Source of the DNA: Fistulifera solaris
Taxonomy: Eukaryota
Reading direction: 5' to 3'
DNA: 64,000 nucleotides
Assembly: GCA_030295235.1 (NCBI GenBank)
Contig: AP026172.1
Span: forward strand, 248,001-312,000
The position numbers and the translations under genes are program-made. Positions 16,345-28,604 of the stretch are shown in pieces. Every line of letters begins with the position of its first letter. Positions within the stretch are counted from its first letter, which is position 1. A model generated the notes under the pieces. The model was given only the letters and a program-made list of their open reading frames with translations, was not told the origin of the DNA and ran no database searches.

Positions 16345-19300
16345 ATGAACTTTGAAACGAGCTCTACCGTGAGTAGTTCCGCTTTTTCCATGGCATCATC
16401 GAGCTTTCGCAGCCAGCCGACAACTTCTTCTCCACCGCAGTCGTTTAAGGACGCGAAACCGAAAACAACCGGGAGTGTCGGAATCATGCTAGTTGGAATA
16501 GGTGGATACAATGGGACTACTCTCTTAGCGGGTATTATGGCCCATCGCTTGAATATCACGTGGCGAGGACCTTTCGGAGATATACGGACTCCAAATTACA
16601 ACGGTTGCATCACGCAATTAAAGATGAAAGGCGGCGGTGTTGGCTACAAAGATCGCATCAAAGGACTCGCAGATGCTACAACTGCTGCCGTCGGTGGTTG
16701 GGTACGTCGTTTCTATCTTGCTTGCTTCGTTTGAAAAGTATTCTTTCTTTTTTGGGGGGGACCTCACAAAAATTGTGGCAGGATATTCGACCCACTAAAT
16801 GTGGAGATGCTCTTTTGGAACAACAAATATTGGATTATGATCTTGTGCGGCAAGTACAGGACGAGCTTAATAATATTAATATTTTCAAGGGGGCTTACGA
16901 CAGTCGCTTCATCGGTCCTTCGCAACACGCCACCGCGACACACATTCTCACCGAATTCGAGGCCCCGAACGCATCGGAAACCATAAAATGCATAAGAGCC
17001 GATATTCGATATTTTAAATGGAAAAATGGTGTAGTAGGACACACGACAGTCATTTGGAGTGCGAGCGTCGAACCCAACAGTGAATTGGTGGGAACGTGGA
17101 AAACGGTCGATGAATTGCTCATGGCGTTTGAACAAAGTGAATCCAAACGCGGTGGACCCATTCCGCCCAGTCTCATTTACGCTACCGCCGCTTTACTTGA
17201 AGGATGCTCTTTCATTAATGGTGGTTCACAGAACACATTGGGTTGTCCTGGTCTTATGGATTTGGCACGGCAGCAGCAAGGCGTTTATTGTCTGGGAACG
17301 GATTTCAAGGCGGGGCAGACAAAGTTCAAAACCGCGGCAGTGGAATATTTACGAACCATGGGATTGACTCCGTTAGTCATTGCCAGTTCGAATCATTTAG
17401 GCAATAATGACATGCGGAACTTGGCTTCGGCGCCGGATACTTCGAAAGCAAAACTGCGTGTCAAGCACGATATATTTGCTCCTTGGGAAGAAAACATTGA
17501 CCATAAAGTCAGTATCATGTACACGGAGCTTATCAATGATGAAAAACGAGACTTTGTCGAATATACCAGCGCTGGGTTCCTGGGACAGCTTCACACTATG
17601 GTGACTTACACACGGGCGTCGGATAGCGTTTTGTGCGTTCCTTTGATTCTTGACGGTGCAGTCTGGTGTGATTTCTTTTCTCGGTGCAGTTGGCCTTACG
17701 AAAAAGTCGCCAAGGCACTAGCGTATCTCTTTAAGGTACCCGAAGGCGCAGCGATGGGTGTCGATCCCGGATTTTTTGCGCAAATGCGAGAACTCGAAGC
17801 ACAAGTTATAGCAGCAAACGAGAGTCGCGGTTCCGGTAGAGACGCTGGTAAGCGGGTTCGGATCATTACAAATGAAAAGGCAAAGACGGAATGGTCGGTC
17901 CCTGAAGGAGGAGTTATTTGCGCCGGTCTCGCTTGCGTAGACATGCAACTAAACAACGCGACGGGGGGTGACGGCGGAGAAGGAATCGAGTCATTCCAAG
18001 GCGAAAAGAGTATTGGTGGTGGAAGTGTCAGTATGGCGTGCAAAACGCTCGCTCGTCTTTGTCACGGCGAAGCAGTAGATCCAGCACACGCTCCGCCTCG
18101 GGCAGTGTTGTCAAACATAGTTCCGATCTGTAAGATCGGTATGGATGGTACTGGAGACAAGTTGCTGAATTTGTTAGAAGCAACCGGTGAAACATGTCGG
18201 AATGTGAATGTGAGGCACTTGAAACACAATCGTGACCCTGAAGGCAGAACAGCTTTGTCTGTCTTGCCTATCTACCGTGACGGTCGACGCGGATGCTTCT
18301 TTGATGCGGCTTCGAACGTAACATTCTCAGCAATGGAAATCATTTCGGATCTCAAGTCTTTGAGGAATAGAGAAAATTCGTCATATGGTGCATTCCTCTT
18401 CGGCTATCCTCATTTACTCCCCAAACTTCAAGGTGAAGCACTAGCGCAAGTGCTAATTGAAGCTCGCAATGTTCTAGTGAACGGAGGAATATGCGCTGTC
18501 GATTTAAACGGTGTCCCTGAAGTCTTGTTCCAGCGAGACAAAAGAAGCGGTCTCCGCGCTGATATGAAAAGTGACCCCATTATCGGAGCTGCTTTGCAGC
18601 ACACAGACATACTTCACATGAATGTAAGTTATCATTTCACGAATACTTATGGCGTGCTACAAAGGAGAACCTGTACTCACGTGTGTTTGAATCACAGGAA
18701 GAAGAACTGTGTCTGCTTACCGGTTGTATATTGACAGGGAATACCGTACAGGACGACGGAACAATTCGAACAGCAGCCCGGTTATTTTTGGACGCAGGAG
18801 TAGGAATTGTTGTGGTGACCCGAGGTAAGCAGGGAAGCGTCGTATACTGCAATAGTAAACTGCGCTCCACTCTCCCGGCGTTGTGGGAGGGTCGCTCTGT
18901 AACCACACCTGCATCGGTGTTGGCGAGAGGGACGATTATTAACTCCAACGGAGCTGGAGATGCGTTTACTGCAGGATTCCTGTTGGCTGCTATGCTACGA
19001 CACACGGGTTTCGATGTAAAGAGTGACGCGGAAATTAGCAGTCCAGCGTCATCGTCGCGAGGAACTCCCACGAAAATTCCGGCAAAAAAGCAGTTGACTC
19101 CGTATGCCTTGTACATGCAAGAAAACTACCTTACTTTGAAAACGCAACTTCAAGGAGATAAGAAAGCAATATTTTCCAAGTGCCATGAATTATGGGAGAA
19201 TGAATCACCTGCTGTTAAGGCAATGTACGAACGTCGAGCCTCCGAGGAGAGGAATACAGCGAACCAACCCGAGGAAGTGAATTCTTCATTCGACTCCAAC

Positions 19301-19480
19301 CAAATGATGACCGACTCGAATAAAGATCGTACGTTATCATTGGAATCTGCCGCTACATTAGCCACTCTCATCGCCGCGCGCCACATTGATGTTTCCACTC
19401 GAGATGACTTGCATCTGGATTTGAACACATTACTCGAACATTGTCTCTTATTGCCCAACAATGGCCTTGAAGAGATTTAA
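16345..19480 (+). CDS. INO1: Myo-inositol-1-phosphate synthase fused to a PfkB/ribokinase-family kinase with an inserted HMG-box-like domain (~993 aa)
   Basis: MIPS motifs: [65 protein letters not shown]. PfkB motifs: [49 protein letters not shown]-like [13 protein letters not shown]...[16 protein letters not shown]. Introns 16702-16781 and 18624-18697. Confidence 0.9.
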
Positions 19481-19557
19481 CACAACAAGACACGATATTA
19501 CTTTTAACTGCTAAACTGATTTTTTTACTGCCGCCATTGTTCATTCTAAAATTAGCA

Positions 19558-20705
19558 CTACAATCCCGCAAAAGGATCGTCGTCCTGTTGTGACTGGGAA
19601 ATACTCGTACTGGCCGTATTACTACCGACAAATGGGTCAAAGCCGTTTTGAAATGGAGCTGCCGGTGCGGAAACTACGGCAAACGGATCATGATAAGGAG
19701 CTGGAACGGGAGCTGTTGTGAAATCCAGCAAATCATGACCTGCAAATGGATCTGACGGAGGTTGATGTGCTGGCGGGTACGTGGATAAAGGTGCCGCAGA
19801 AGTGGGTGGTGGTGGTGCCTGATACATGGGTTGTGGTGGCGCCGAATAGGCAATGGTTGCTGCAGAATTGGAATACAAGGATGGCTGTTGTGATACGGTT
19901 GCCGGATAGTTGTTGGGAGTTGATGATGATGGTGCTGTATTCGCCCACGGCATACCATTGTTATTCAATGGCGGCTGCAGCGGTGGCGGCGGCGATATTC
20001 GAGCTGGTTCTGTTCCTGCCGCACCCCAGGGAGGTACATCCGGATTAGCTGGCACTCCATTACTTTGTTCTGTAACACTTTCTCCACTCAATTCCGCCAA
20101 TTCCTTTTCTTTCTCGGTCCGTTTCCTTCGTATCTTTTCCACATCCCTTCGACAAATATCATAAAACGAGCGAATTTCTCGATCTGTCGGCAACCATTGT
20201 TGCGTATCTTCTAATTTTTCTAAATCGGCATACATTTTGACCCCAAATTCTTGTTTGTGTTTCGTGATTTGTCCTTGTACTATGCTCAATTCGGTGGTCA
20301 ATGCGACTTCTTTGCCCGCGTACGCGGTCGTTTTCCCCGCATTGGCCAATTTTTCTTGCCAATTGGTGGCGGGTGCACAAGAAGCGGCTTTTTGGACTCC
20401 CGTCAATTGTACTTTTGTTTCAATTTCCCAACTTTGATTTCGAGTGCGGCAATTTCCCGTTGTGCCGCAATGAAATGCGGTTGTATCGATGCCGTGAGCA
20501 AATCATCCGAACTGTAAAAACTGTGATGTTTCGCGAGCGGTGCCACATAATCATAGAGTTGTACACCAAACGCGTATTGTCGATTGGTCAGTTCGCGATC
20601 AATGAACATCAGATCTGCTTTGCATTTGGCTTGCATCGATGCTTGACCGGCTACTTGTCCAACGGCCGCGGCGCCTTTGATCACGGTCGACCAAAGAACG
20701 TCCAT
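19558..20705 (-). CDS. Hypothetical protein: duplicated helical module plus Pro-rich tail with DPF motifs
   Basis: Two related segments (RQYAFGVQLYD and HKQEFGVKMYA). Tail has several DPF motifs. Two ORFs are joined by a 1-nt frameshift at the run 20413-20416. Confidence 0.65.
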
Positions 20706-21249
20706 TCTGTGCTTGTGAAGAATTGCTGGTCCGTATCAATCAAGGGCTACAGATACAGATACGGCAGCAATACAGTACATGCCAAGTAAGCAAGCAAGCA
20801 AGAAAGAGTGCTTCTGTAGAATATAGATACAGAATGCTTTTTTTTTTGCTTTGCTGGTTGGTTGCAATGCCCGTTTCGGTGCCTATTGACAAGAAATCAA
20901 AATGCACCGCGTGCGCCATCCTGCAAATAATACAGTACTACCTACTACGTAGTACTTACGTGTATGTACTTTGTACGTGGGAAAATTCGCCTTGACGCAT
21001 TCGGTGTGTCGTTGGTGTTGGTGGTGTTGGTTGTTCTACTTCCGATAGGAATAAGTGTAGATTGCTTGTTTTCACGATTGTCGCGTATTTCAGTCATGAG
21101 ACGCAATCATAACCCAAAGAAACGACGAACGAACGAGCGACATCAACAACAAAACAAACAAGGCGACGACCAAAATTTTCGAATATCTATGATCTGCGAA
21201 TGATTATAAAAGTATAACGGTATTATCGTTTACGAAAAACGAAACAAAA

Positions 21250-22875
21250 ATGAGAGTACTTTTAATCATAGTGGCCTTTGTAACGACGACGACGACGACG
21301 ACGACGACTCTTGCGGCAGCCCCGTACACGGCGTACCCAATCTATCCTCCGTACTGTTCGACGCCCACACAAATGCAACAACGTCGTATTCCACCATTAT
21401 TATTAGTAAAGGAAGGCTCGTACGGTGCCTCACAAATCAAACATGTCACGGCCATTATTCGACACGGTGCTCGGACACCGTGGGCTGGAAAATTGCCCTG
21501 TTGGTCCGATTATTACGATGATGCACATCCGCCGTGGAACTGTGAACTCCAAACCACGATCACACCCGAAGTGTCGGCCACGTGGTTTCGCAAACAATAC
21601 GACGCTCTCCAATCTCCCGAATTCAATTTGACGAATGAATTAAGCGGAGGAACCTGTCAATTGGGGCAATTGTTGGCAATGGGGGTCGTGCAAGAACTAT
21701 TGAACGGAGAACACTTGCGGGATGCCTACTTGGGTCACGAGGACAGTCGCATGCAATTATTATTCAGCCAAAATAATAAGAATAATAATCATAATCATAA
21801 TAAGCCGTGGGAATCCTTGTATTATCGAGCAGACGATGAACAACGGACGCTCATGTCGGGACGTGTCCTCTTGAAGGGATTGTTTGGCAATGAAGTGACA
21901 TCGTCATTGACGATTCCGATGCACACGGCCGATTATGAACGAGATATCGTCGGGGAAAACGAAAATGTGTGTCCGCGATTGACGCAACTACGGGAATTGT
22001 TTTATTTGACCGATGAATTCCGTCAATTCAATGCATCGGTTGAAGCCCAACAATTGCGCGACTTTCAACGACGTCAATTGCGTACAGATCACGACCTGGA
22101 ATTGGATTGTTTCATGACGACCATTTGTACGGATCGTATGTTACCCGATGCCATTAATGATTATGCCGGAGAAGATCAAACGGAAAGTATGTTTTTGCGT
22201 CTAGTCAACTTCTATATACGACAATATACCAGTTTTGCCATGGCCAATGATGCGGAATACAGCAAGTTGGCGATGGGTCCCTTGTGGGCGGAAATTATGG
22301 ACAATGTCGATCGTGTCATTGCGGAGAACGACGACACATACCCGCGCTTGGCGCTCTTCAGTGGACACGATACCACCATTATTGGTCTCCTCGCGAGTTT
22401 ATCGAAAGTATACGATGGCTCGTGGCCTCCGTACGCTAGTAAATTGTTGTTGGAAATTCACGAGATTGATCTGGATGGTCGAAAAGATAAATCATTGTAC
22501 ACGACAGGATATGGTTTTCGATTGATTTACAATGGTCAAGTGTTAACTGACAAAGTGGAAGGATGCCCCAAAGACGCTCACATTTGTGATGTCGCCATAT
22601 TGAAACGTCATTTGAATTTCCCGTTGCGGGATCGCGATTGCTCACTGTTGGATATTCCGACGACCGCATCATCATCTTCTTCATCATCGGAGAGTGGTAT
22701 GGCTCAAGTCTTTGATTTGTTTCTGTCACCATCAGGCTTTGGAGTCTTTGTGGTCGTTGTGTTGAGTAGTATGGCCGTAGGCAGTGTCCTCATGTTTGTG
22801 TTGTTATCGAAACTGCAACCTCAATTGATTCATCGAAGATCGTACGGAGCGGCCTCTCAAGAAAATCCTGAGTAG
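21250..22875 (+). CDS. Histidine acid phosphatase (branch 2), type I membrane protein
   Basis: Signal peptide; IRHGARTP, GQL, QRTLMS and FSGHDTT motifs; WPPYAS; C-terminal TM helix and a YGAA tail. Confidence 0.9.
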   Translation: MRVLLIIVAFVTTTTTTTTTLAAAPYTAYPIYPPYCSTPTQMQQRRIPPLLLVKEGSYGASQIKHVTAIIRHGARTPWAGKLPCWSDYYDDAHPPWNCELQTTITPEVSATWFRKQYDALQSPEFNLTNELSGGTCQLGQLLAMGVVQELLNGEHLRDAYLGHEDSRMQLLFSQNNKNNNHNHNKPWESLYYRADDEQRTLMSGRVLLKGLFGNEVTSSLTIPMHTADYERDIVGENENVCPRLTQLRELFYLTDEFRQFNASVEAQQLRDFQRRQLRTDHDLELDCFMTTICTDRMLPDAINDYAGEDQTESMFLRLVNFYIRQYTSFAMANDAEYSKLAMGPLWAEIMDNVDRVIAENDDTYPRLALFSGHDTTIIGLLASLSKVYDGSWPPYASKLLLEIHEIDLDGRKDKSLYTTGYGFRLIYNGQVLTDKVEGCPKDAHICDVAILKRHLNFPLRDRDCSLLDIPTTASSSSSSSESGMAQVFDLFLSPSGFGVFVVVVLSSMAVGSVLMFVLLSKLQPQLIHRRSYGAASQENPE

Positions 22876-22979
22876 ATAGACCGTCGTACGGGTAAAAAAA
22901 AAGAAATAGTATTTTAACATTGAATCAAATATATTACGTAATCGTTATTCCCAAACAACAAAGGACACAATCAATGAAT

Positions 22980-23657
22980 TCATCGACGCGCAAATTCGAG
23001 TTCTTCTTCCTCATCCAATAATCCCCGTCGTTCCGCGGCTGGCGTCACATCGTCCTCCTCGGATCGTGCTCCATTCTTGTTGAAACGTGACGCCAGCATC
23101 CGGAATTGGGAGGTAACATTTTCACCGAATTCATTGAGATGTTTTTGCACTGATTGCAAATTTTGTTGCAAGACGGGTCCAATGGGAGGTGCTGCCGTTC
23201 TCTGTTGAGTAGGGGGGACTCTCCGCGGGGCCGAAGTGCGACGTTCTCGTTGCTGTTGCTGATTTTCTTCTTGTTGCAAGCGACGCGCCAAGGCTTCATC
23301 ACTTTCGTAATCGGCCGGATTATAACCGGGAATGCGCAAAAGTCTTCGGGCAACAAGGTGGGTGTCCCACGGGCTCCACTACTATGACTGGTAGTACTTT
23401 CGGTTTGCGCCAATTGCCGCGCCAGTTCCGCATCCATGCGGGTCGTCGATTCGTCCGGATTCACACCGGCTTGCAACTGTTCCATCAACAGTTGCGGATT
23501 TTTGGTTGATGTGCCGCAAAATAAAATCGACCGTATTCTCCATATGACCTTTTTGAAAGCGTAGTACAGCATCGAGTGATTCACGGGTCCATGCGGACGA
23601 CGACTCGGAGAACATGGATTCGAGCGTCGACAATGCTTCTTCGTACGAGAGTGCCAT
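22980..23657 (-). CDS. CUE ubiquitin-binding domain protein with UIM-like motifs
   Basis: ALSTLESMF...SLDAVLRFQKGHMENTVDFIL; DAELARQL; LPEDF(L)RIP; DEALARRLQQEE. Frameshifts near 23500 and 23340. Confidence 0.75.
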
Positions 23658-24355
23658 TTTGGAGTGTAATGAGTAATGAGTAATGATTGATGTTCTTTCT
23701 CGTGCTACCTGGTAGTCAAAGAGAGATGAACCTTACTCCTTTACACAATTCTTGATTTCTGTAAGATGGTTTCGTTGCCTCGGATGTTCCGGAGAAGGTT
23801 TCTTTGATGATGATGATTCGTGCGGAAGGAATAGAAGATGAAAATGAAACACAGTGCGAAACAGATTTTCGCTGCTGCGGCTCGACCACGCCTGTTTCGT
23901 TTGTTCGTTTTGCTCGTTTGCAGCACGTCATCCTCATCGGTACAAGTACTTCTGTAGAAAACGTGGTAACTGAACAAGACTACAATAAGTCCTTCTTAGC
24001 TAGTACCGGAACGATTTCTGTGTCTTTGACATTCAATACTGTCTGACTGCCACCCGCCGATGAGAAGATCGTATCCTATATCTGCCGCGTTTTTGCGCGG
24101 GACGCGTCTCGCCCTCTTGCAAAATAATAAAATAAGGAGTAAATTAAAAAATATCTGTAACACAGTAAGCCAAACCAACAAAATCAACACAAAGCATTCA
24201 TTCTTATTATTATTTGTTGCTAACAGGTACCTGGTATCGCACGTTGAATGAAAAGCGAACTACAAAGACGACGGCTTCAATACAGTATTATTTTGTAACA
24301 ACCAACTAACTCAGCAAACGACCGCTCATGTTGCTTTTCTGGCTTTCTTTATTAG

Positions 24356-27098
24356 CAATATACACCGCGTCGGCCGACGATGTTGCTTCCCAGAACTGCG
24401 AGCAATTGCCATCGACCTTGACCTATACACAAGAAGAAGCTCCACGTGATTTATCTGGATTGGTGCGTCAAAATATAGAAAGAAAGAGGAGTCAACTCTG
24501 TTGATTGATTCTACGATACTCACATTCATTCTTTCTTGCTTTCTTTCTTGCTTGCTTGCTTGCTTTATCTCGGCAGTTACCTGTCGTTGTGCAACGCATC
24601 AATCAAGTATTGGATGGTGTCGTCGATGTCGAAGTCGAATGGACGGGAGCCGATTTGCACGGCAAAGTTGGAGAACATATGGTACAAACCAAGGTGACGC
24701 GTCACTTAAAAGAGAGTTTAGTGACACAATGTTTTCAAGTACCGTTTCGAATTTTGGATACGAACGAATGCTTGTTGCCCGAAGGGCACTGGATGCATCA
24801 TCACTGTCATGCTTCTGCCATTTGTATCAATACGATCGGTTCGTACGAATGTGTGTGTCCATCTGCCGAGGAGTCCTGGTCGGAGGAAGGTATTACGGTC
24901 GAAGAACCGGACGTTTTCGTCAAACTCATCGCGTCTCGCACCAATCATCCTTGGGAATTGTCCTTTGCCACCAGTCGGTTGACGTCGTGTCCTTCCTTAC
25001 CATCGACTCACAAATGTTGTCCCGAAAACGATCATGCCTGTCGTGCGGCCTTTCGGTGTCCCCAAGATCCTTGTCAAAAGAAAAATGATTGTGTCCAGGC
25101 CGCAACATGTGAAACCGCGGCATCTCCGTTGCAACAACCCAATTATACGTGTCGCTGTCCCGCCGGGTTGATGGGAAATGGACACCAATGTAAGGACCAC
25201 GATGAACCACCCATCCCCAAAGTCATGTACGATGGTGTCACTCCGACGGAAGAAACGGTCCGCAACAACTATTATTGTGATTGCACGAAACCCGTCATTG
25301 ATGCGTGTTCGGGTTATCCGCCGTGTGCGGGCAAACACGAAGTCTGTTTGGTGAATTCCGACAATGCACCGTATTGTGGATGCAAACCAGGATATGTGTG
25401 GCACGAAATGTACGGCTGCGTCGACAAGAGTCCGCCGGTCTTACGACTCAAACACGACGAAACTGGCACGATGAAATTAAAACAAGGAGATGTCTATCAC
25501 GAATACGCGGTGGAAATTCAAGACGAGAACGCCGAAGAATACATGCGTTCGTTAAAAATTGCCTACAGTCGTCCCATTCCCCACGGATGTTTTACACAAA
25601 TGGGATCGTTTCACGTCAACTACACCATTGCGACTCCATGGACGACCCCGCCCTTTGTGCAAGTGACCCGTCACGTCGTCATTGATGATATTGACGAATG
25701 TTCCCTGGATCAGGCCAAGTACGAAACGACGTGTCCTTCGTTAATTCCGCGGTGCGATGTGGCGGCGGGCGCTAAATGCGTCAATACTGTTGGGAGTTAC
25801 ACGTGCCAATGTCCGCCACACACGGAAGGAGATGGATTTTTGAAAGGCCTATCGTTAGACTCGTCTCCACTCGGTTTTCAAGGAGGCACGGGCTGTAAAG
25901 ATACCTCCCAACCGGTCATACAGTTACAAGGACCGAATCCGAGAGTGTTCTCGGTGTGCGCTTGCCAGGGTGTCACGGGCATTATGCAGGACAAGGCGAA
26001 CAAAACCAAATACCCGGATTTACGGCAATCGCAACAAGGACATTACCATGAAGATATCAAGGTACGTTCGCTTCTAGAGCAAATGAATGGCAATGAGAAT
26101 TTACAATGTGAACTCGCATGTCTTTTGTCAACTCACACTTTTCTTCTTGTTCAGAAACTTGTCCGGAAAACGGCCGGTGCGGAACTGTGTGCCACTCCTA
26201 CCAACAAAAACCCCAAAGCAACGGATTGTGTTCAGGCTTACGATGACACATATAAAGGACGTGTGAATCTTTCCGACAAAGTACGCATTGGAGAACCTGT
26301 TCAGAAATCCGCTTTGCACTGGGTGGTCTCATATGATGTAACGGACGAAGCAGGAAACGCCGCCACTACTGTATGGAGAGATATCATGGTCGAGGAAGTC
26401 GACTTGGCAAGCTTTCAGCGAGACACCGATGTTGAGGCTTTAGTCCAGAAGGCTTTGTTAGAAAAAGAGAAAGAACATCAATTAGAGATGCGCAGAAAAG
26501 TCGCAAAGGCTATTGAAGAAGATCGTCAAAAAGAGTCGGAAAAGCCTCCACGTCATGTCCCGATTGCCCGAGATGTGATTGCACTTCAGGGTCAGTGCAT
26601 TCTTCCAACTGCGAAAGCTATTGCACAAATAAAATGCAAGCATGCACTTTAAGTCACTATCAAGATTCTGCTTTGATGAAAGTCATGATGTGGCTGGAAG
26701 AATATGTACCTTGGCAAATTGTACCATTGCTGGTTACCTCCGTTGTTGTCATCTTCGGTGCAACCCTGCTGCGATGGATGATCACTGTTTTGCTGAGACC
26801 CTCCACAAGGCCGCGAACATACATTGCGTCTGACGAGCTAGAACGCCAGCTACAAAGTGCTGCTACAATACTGACGTCCTCCAACGGCAATACTGTAAAC
26901 GGAAATGGCTACCATCCGTCTGTGCAACAACACCAGCCTTCGCAACCACAGGCCCCATTCTTCAGCCCTGGGTTCGGATCGCCGCCGACCGAGGGTAGGG
27001 TTGCGGATGTTCCTCGATCATCTGGTTACGATGATATCTATGCTTCGCCGCCTCTCATAACCCCACGAAAAAGACAGACTCCTGGCTTTAGTCGATAG
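24356..27098 (+). CDS. Type I membrane protein with Ca-binding EGF repeats and bacterial-type Ig-like (DUF5011-like) repeats; 5' exons uncertain
   Basis: EGF-Ca motifs DTNEC...CINTIGSYECVC and DIDEC...CVNTVGSYTCQC. Ig-like DKSPPVLRL, DTSQPVIQLQG and YDVTDEAGNAA. Coiled coil, then a TM helix near 26715-26790. Introns ~24463-24575 and ~26062-26155; frameshift near 26530. Confidence 0.75.
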
Positions 27099-27240
27099 AA
27101 CCTGCCTCGTTGATGAGAACTGAGTGACGCATCTAGGTCCCTTGCTTTACCGCTACTAGTATTTTGTAGAATTAACGCGTAATAATAACGTTGGCGTATC
27201 CAAGTAATTATAAATCAGCGCGCTCACATGGCCAGTATTT

Positions 27241-28263
27241 TTACAATGGAGACGAACCGGAGGCGTCACCCGTGATGGAAGAAATGTCGATACCTGCCGA
27301 TTGCCAAATTCGAACCATCGCTGCCGCAGCATATTCTCCGACCAAAGGATCTCCCTCATGATCACTCATAGCACATTGCATTTTCGCGTAACCTTCTCCT
27401 CCAGGACCGAATCCCAGTTCTTCGACCAAGCTCGGGCTTCCGCCGAGGTATACTTGATTGATAATGACATTTTGTAGAACCTGGTGTTTCAATTGCAACT
27501 CAATTTCGGGATCATCGTCTGCGAATACAATAACACCAGAATGAGTGCGCTTTATCGTATTGTCATTCAAACAACAGCAGTAGTGCACTCACGACTAATT
27601 TTGGAGGTCTGCGTTTGAATCTCCAACAAGACACTGGGTTCCATCATTTTGGATGCCACTTTATGCATATGATTACGAGCATCCACAATTCCGAGTGAAG
27701 GAATATCTACCACATCCAAGGAAAACGCGGTGGCGACCATTTCTCTCCACGTATCTCTCCGAATGTCCGTGAGCACCATTTGCACGTCGGGATCCGCGTT
27801 TTGCAAACACGATTGTAAATCTTGCGCATATTTCGAGAGTCCCTGTTCGTTCGCCGTGTATCCAATGGACCCAATGACATGCACTTGTGTCACTAAAAAG
27901 AGAAAGATTTAGTGGAAATGAGTATTTCTGCATCTAATGGGCCCTATTACTTACTCAAAAACACTTCCATCATCTTTTGCCATTTGTGAAGAACCGGTTG
28001 CTCCGATTGGGCCAAAAATTCGAGACGCTGTCGGGACAATCCGTAGCGCATGTAAAATTGTGTAGTATCGGCAATCCCTTCGGCGATTTCGATGGTAATT
28101 TCTTTCGGGGATTGTGGTTTAAAATCGTCATCGTCATCCAACGACGGTGTCGACGACAGGAAAGCACGGTCGGGTTTAAAACAGACGATGCGTGGCTGCC
28201 GTAGCAGCCGCGGTGTTATTTTGCGCCGATATGAGTGGAGACTTTCTTCGCTATAGAAAACAT
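27241..28263 (-). CDS. Multi-exon hypothetical protein with a mitochondrial-type presequence
   Basis: Three coding blocks (27947-28141, 27567-27893, 27241-27520) are separated by intron-like segments. The N-terminus MFSIAKKV...PRLLRQPRIV is Arg-rich and requires one frameshift near 28220. Confidence 0.6.
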
Positions 28264-28604
28264 GTTTTATAATGAAGATAAAGAAATAACAGTAGCAACA
28301 AGGAGGATGAATGGAAGTGGGTTGCTGTACTGGTAAGGATCGAAAGGTGCAATAGAAGCGAAAATTTTACACCGCTTTAGAATATCGGAACGGTACACAA
28401 TCCTGTATATGTGATCATAGATCCTTCATCACAATCCGATAAAAAGAAGGCAAAACACGCAATCTGAATGTGGAAAACGAGTGGAGGAGGTTGCAGCTTG
28501 CAGCCTCCACACTTTGGATTGCGTTCTGTTACTGGTAGTCGCACAGAGATCAGAGATGTCAGAATTCATCGAAAGGACTTCACATAACGAGATCGCTTAC
28601 AAAG

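Noticed and set aside
28215..28226. Euplotes-type programmed frameshift (AAA-TAA on the minus strand)
   Set aside because: Repair needs an added base (-1 direction), not +1, and the other frameshift sites share no stop-adjacent motif. Homopolymer error is the simpler explanation.
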